Assembly (NCBI GenBank): GCA_963701075.1 | Contig: OY969559.1 | Span: forward strand, 1,120,001-1,184,000 | Source of the DNA: an uncultured Nitrososphaerota archaeon | Lineage (GTDB): Archaea > Thermoproteota > Nitrososphaeria > Nitrososphaerales > Nitrosopumilaceae | DNA: 64,000 nt | Direction of reading: 5' to 3' | Part shown: positions 61,467 to 64,000 of the stretch, piece after piece | Numbering within the stretch: the first letter of the stretch is position 1 | Layout of the letters: each line of letters starts with the position of its first letter | The notes under the pieces: model-generated | The model's database searches: none | The model's input: the letters and a program-made list of their open reading frames with translations, nothing else | What the model was told of the DNA's origin: nothing | Program-made: the position numbers and the translations under genes

Positions 61467-62526
61467 GTGAAAACAACAGTTGTTATAGCAATTATTGCTG
61501 TAGCAATTGTTGGGATCATACTTGGTCTTGTAGCTTATTCTTACACCCAGATTCAGATCAGCCTTGAGAGCGTGTCATATCAAGGCCTTGACTTTGCAAG
61601 TGCTTCTCCTGTAACACTTGCAAAAATCGCTATCAATGGAATCTTGGGAAATTGGCTTGGAGCATTACTTTCACTAGTTACAGGTGTCAAGCTTGGACTG
61701 GGATTTGCACTAAGCAATCATGGGTTTGTTCCCGTGTACATCCCCGATGTATCGTATGATCTCCTAGTAAACGATGTCAAAGTAGGGCAAGGTCACAGCA
61801 CAATTGATGCTACAATTAACCCTGAAGACGCAAAGAGTCTTTGATGATACTCAGGACATCCAATTTTCTAGCCTTGCGCCTGCTGTTTCTTCAATAATTG
61901 CCTCTGAGGGAAACATCAATTTCCAAGTAAGTGGCACAGCATATTTCCAGTTCCTTGGACTTTCTTTACCTGTACCATTCCAATATACAAAACAAGTCAA
62001 TGTTGTAAACGAGATAAAGAGTCGTTTTCTTGGAAGTTCACAAAATTCAGGGTATTCAAACAACTCTTACCAACCAACGCAAACATCAATTCAAAACCAA
62101 AATTCGTCTACATTACAGCAACAACTAGGACAAGCAGGACAAAAAATCCAGTCAGTACAGTCAAACCCAAATCCTTCCAATTCTCAAGTACCTACTTTTC
62201 CAATAGCAAATTCTGTATATCGAGTTGGCTCTGGTACCTATACTTCCATACCATTTAACATGCAGTGCTCTGGAACTGTAACTGGAGAGTTTTCAGCTCA
62301 AGCCGCACTTGGAGATAATATCATTATATACGTGATGGACTCGACTGGATTTTCCCAGTTCCAATCAGGCCATTCAGCGTCTACATATTACAATAGCGGC
62401 AAGGTAGCATCAGGGACATTAAACATTAGCCTATCAACTGGACAGTACTATCTTGTACTTTCAAATACCTACTCGACAATTTCTACAAAGAATGTGGCTC
62501 TTCAAGCATACTACAGTTGTGGTTAA
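61467..62526 (+). CDS. Membrane-anchored LEA_2-like protein with Q/S/N linker and C-terminal beta domain; extra T at 61838 (probable artefact)
   Basis: NHGFVPVYIPDVSYDLLVNDVKVGQG; the two ORFs join as EDAKSFDDTQD. Confidence 0.72.
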
Positions 62527-62574
62527 TGACATAATCCTTTTCTAATACTTGATCACTATCAATGCGATCTCGTA

Positions 62575-63102
62575 GTGAAAGAGTTCTTTACAGGAAAAGA
62601 AATTGAGATACCAGATGACGTACAACGATTATTGCAATTCAATGAAAAAGTCTTACTTTCTGCCCAAGTTGCACGTTCAACTGAGTTAATCAACCCTGCT
62701 ACAATATTTGTAACATCTCAAAGAGTACTTGTTAGAAAGCCTACTACTCTAGGATTGAGAAAAAATGTTGAAGATTATAGGTATACAGATATTGCAAATG
62801 TCAAGATGAAAAGAGGCATCATCAGATCTGGAATCATACTTAAAATGAGATTTCTCTCAGATGATGTAGAAGTAGACAATTTTCCAAAAGATGTAGGAGA
62901 AAAAATATTTAGACTAGTGCAAGACGGCGTGGCAGGAAGGTTAACGTCAGCACAACCCAAAGATCCTGAAGTTAAAACTCCTAGTCTTCTTCAACAAGAA
63001 ATAATTGAAAAAATAAAGGAATTGGCAAAATTAAAAGATCAAGGAATATTGTCAGATATAGAATTTCAAACCAAAAAATCTGAATTGCTAGCTAGGCTTT
63101 AA
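62575..63102 (+). CDS. Bacterial-type PH domain + SHOCT domain protein
   Basis: IFVTSQRVLV...YTDIANV; IKELAKLKDQGILSDIEFQTKKSELL. Confidence 0.85.
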   Translation: MKEFFTGKEIEIPDDVQRLLQFNEKVLLSAQVARSTELINPATIFVTSQRVLVRKPTTLGLRKNVEDYRYTDIANVKMKRGIIRSGIILKMRFLSDDVEVDNFPKDVGEKIFRLVQDGVAGRLTSAQPKDPEVKTPSLLQQEIIEKIKELAKLKDQGILSDIEFQTKKSELLARL

Positions 63103-63111
63103 TCCAAATAC

Positions 63112-63663
63112 ATGTCGTCTTCTAAAATCAAATCCAAGTTACCTTATCTTATTTTAATAATTTTTATGACTTTTCTTAGTGTTGATGTTTTCAATGCTTA
63201 TGCAGTAGTATTTACAGATCACTTGGGGTACATTCCATCTTGGGCTTCAACAATGGGACAGAATCAGGCTCTAAGTGTTTGTAGTACTAGTGTACAATTT
63301 GGTACAGCTGATTCCAAATGGTGTGGTGAGTTTTCTGGATATACGTTAGATCAGTTGAGTGGTAAAACTACAGTAACCTTTGTGGATCATACTGGCTATA
63401 TTCCATCTTGGGCTTCAACAATGGGACAGAATCAGGCTCTAAGTGTTTGTAGTACTAGTGTACAATTTGGTACAGCTGATTCCAAATGGTGTGGTGAGTT
63501 TTCTGGATATATTTTAGATCAATTAAGTAAAACAACTAGCAATACATCGTCCCAACAATCAACAGTGCCTGAATTTGGTCCAATTGCAGGAATAGTTATC
63601 ACACTGTCTTTAATTGGATCCATCGTCATATCAAAGAGATTTTCTGTCTTCAACCGACACTAA
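63112..63663 (+). CDS. PEFG-CTERM surface protein with a duplicated 56-aa Cys-containing module
   Basis: Signal peptide; VPEFG + TM helix + basic tail. Confidence 0.85.
   Translation: MSSSKIKSKLPYLILIIFMTFLSVDVFNAYAVVFTDHLGYIPSWASTMGQNQALSVCSTSVQFGTADSKWCGEFSGYTLDQLSGKTTVTFVDHTGYIPSWASTMGQNQALSVCSTSVQFGTADSKWCGEFSGYILDQLSKTTSNTSSQQSTVPEFGPIAGIVITLSLIGSIVISKRFSVFNRH
63232..63511 (+). repeat. 112-bp identical direct repeat (63232-63343, 63400-63511; period 168)
   Basis: Direct comparison of the two copies. Confidence 0.92.
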
Positions 63664-63676
63664 ATTCGAACCAAAA

Positions 63677-64000
63677 TTAATTCCGAGGATACAATTCTCT
63701 CATGACTGATTTTACCAGTGTTATTACACCATCAGGGTCTGGAACATCCCCAATCACCATGTAGGGTTTTCCGTGATGCATGAAAACCATATCACCTATT
63801 GTGTTACTATCCCCTGATGAATGTGATGGCATGATACCGCCAAAAGTATTATTTCCATATCCGCCAACTATGTAACTTGTACCTCGTGACTCTGAACGAG
63901 TATGTCTATTTACAACAACTACGTCATCAATATCTGAAAGAAAACTAGACTTTAACATAACATCATCTAGATTATCAAAAGCAAACACTCTGTAGTTTGT
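63677..64000 (-). CDS. PH-like hypothetical protein, 5'-truncated by the window edge
   Basis: Frame open to the edge (TNYRVFAFD...IDDVVVVN). Confidence 0.6.
   Translation of the reverse strand, partial: TNYRVFAFDNLDDVMLKSSFLSDIDDVVVVNRHTRSESRGTSYIVGGYGNNTFGGIMPSHSSGDSNTIGDMVFMHHGKPYMVIGDVPDPDGVITLVKSVMRELYPRN

Noticed and set aside
63232-63511. CRISPR array or DGR template/variable repeat
   Set aside because: Only two in-frame coding copies, identical with no adenine-specific differences; no cas or reverse transcriptase genes nearby
1-64000. tRNA, rRNA, transposase or integrase genes; the many short antisense ORFs in the track
   Set aside because: No such genes recognised by eye; the antisense ORFs are shadows of well-supported genes on the opposite strand

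Overview
Archaeal DNA of Nitrososphaerota (thaumarchaeal, Nitrosotalea-like) character: leaderless genes with frequent TTG/GTG starts, CdvB/CdvC, PEFG-CTERM, cupredoxins, L40e and TFB. (1) 1-25.7 kb is a stress/dormancy-type island with about 10 CBS proteins, 5 USPs, Hsp20, PhaC, an M50-CBS protease, Zn-ADH, transporters and several unannotated Cys-rich micro-ORFs. About 20 of its promoters carry the palindrome ATT(A/C)TCA-N4-TGA(T/G/A)AAT, about 42 bp from the start codon. (2) 25.7-57.6 kb is mostly core genes (ppdK, tpiA, rpl40e, sucCD, ileS, cdvB-like/cdvC, carAB, tfb, purD, uppP). (3) From about 57.7 kb there is an orc1/cdc6-led accessory block with membrane and surface proteins. The top finding is a 20-nt insertion in carB (43951-43970) that folds into a canonical bulge-helix-bulge whose predicted cuts restore the conserved GEAGE|FDYSG motif exactly, i.e. 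a candidate endonuclease-spliced mRNA intron. Eight other reading-frame lesions all fall on AGCT sites, which suggests methylation-induced sequencing errors rather than pseudogenes. All calls were made by eye without database searches.
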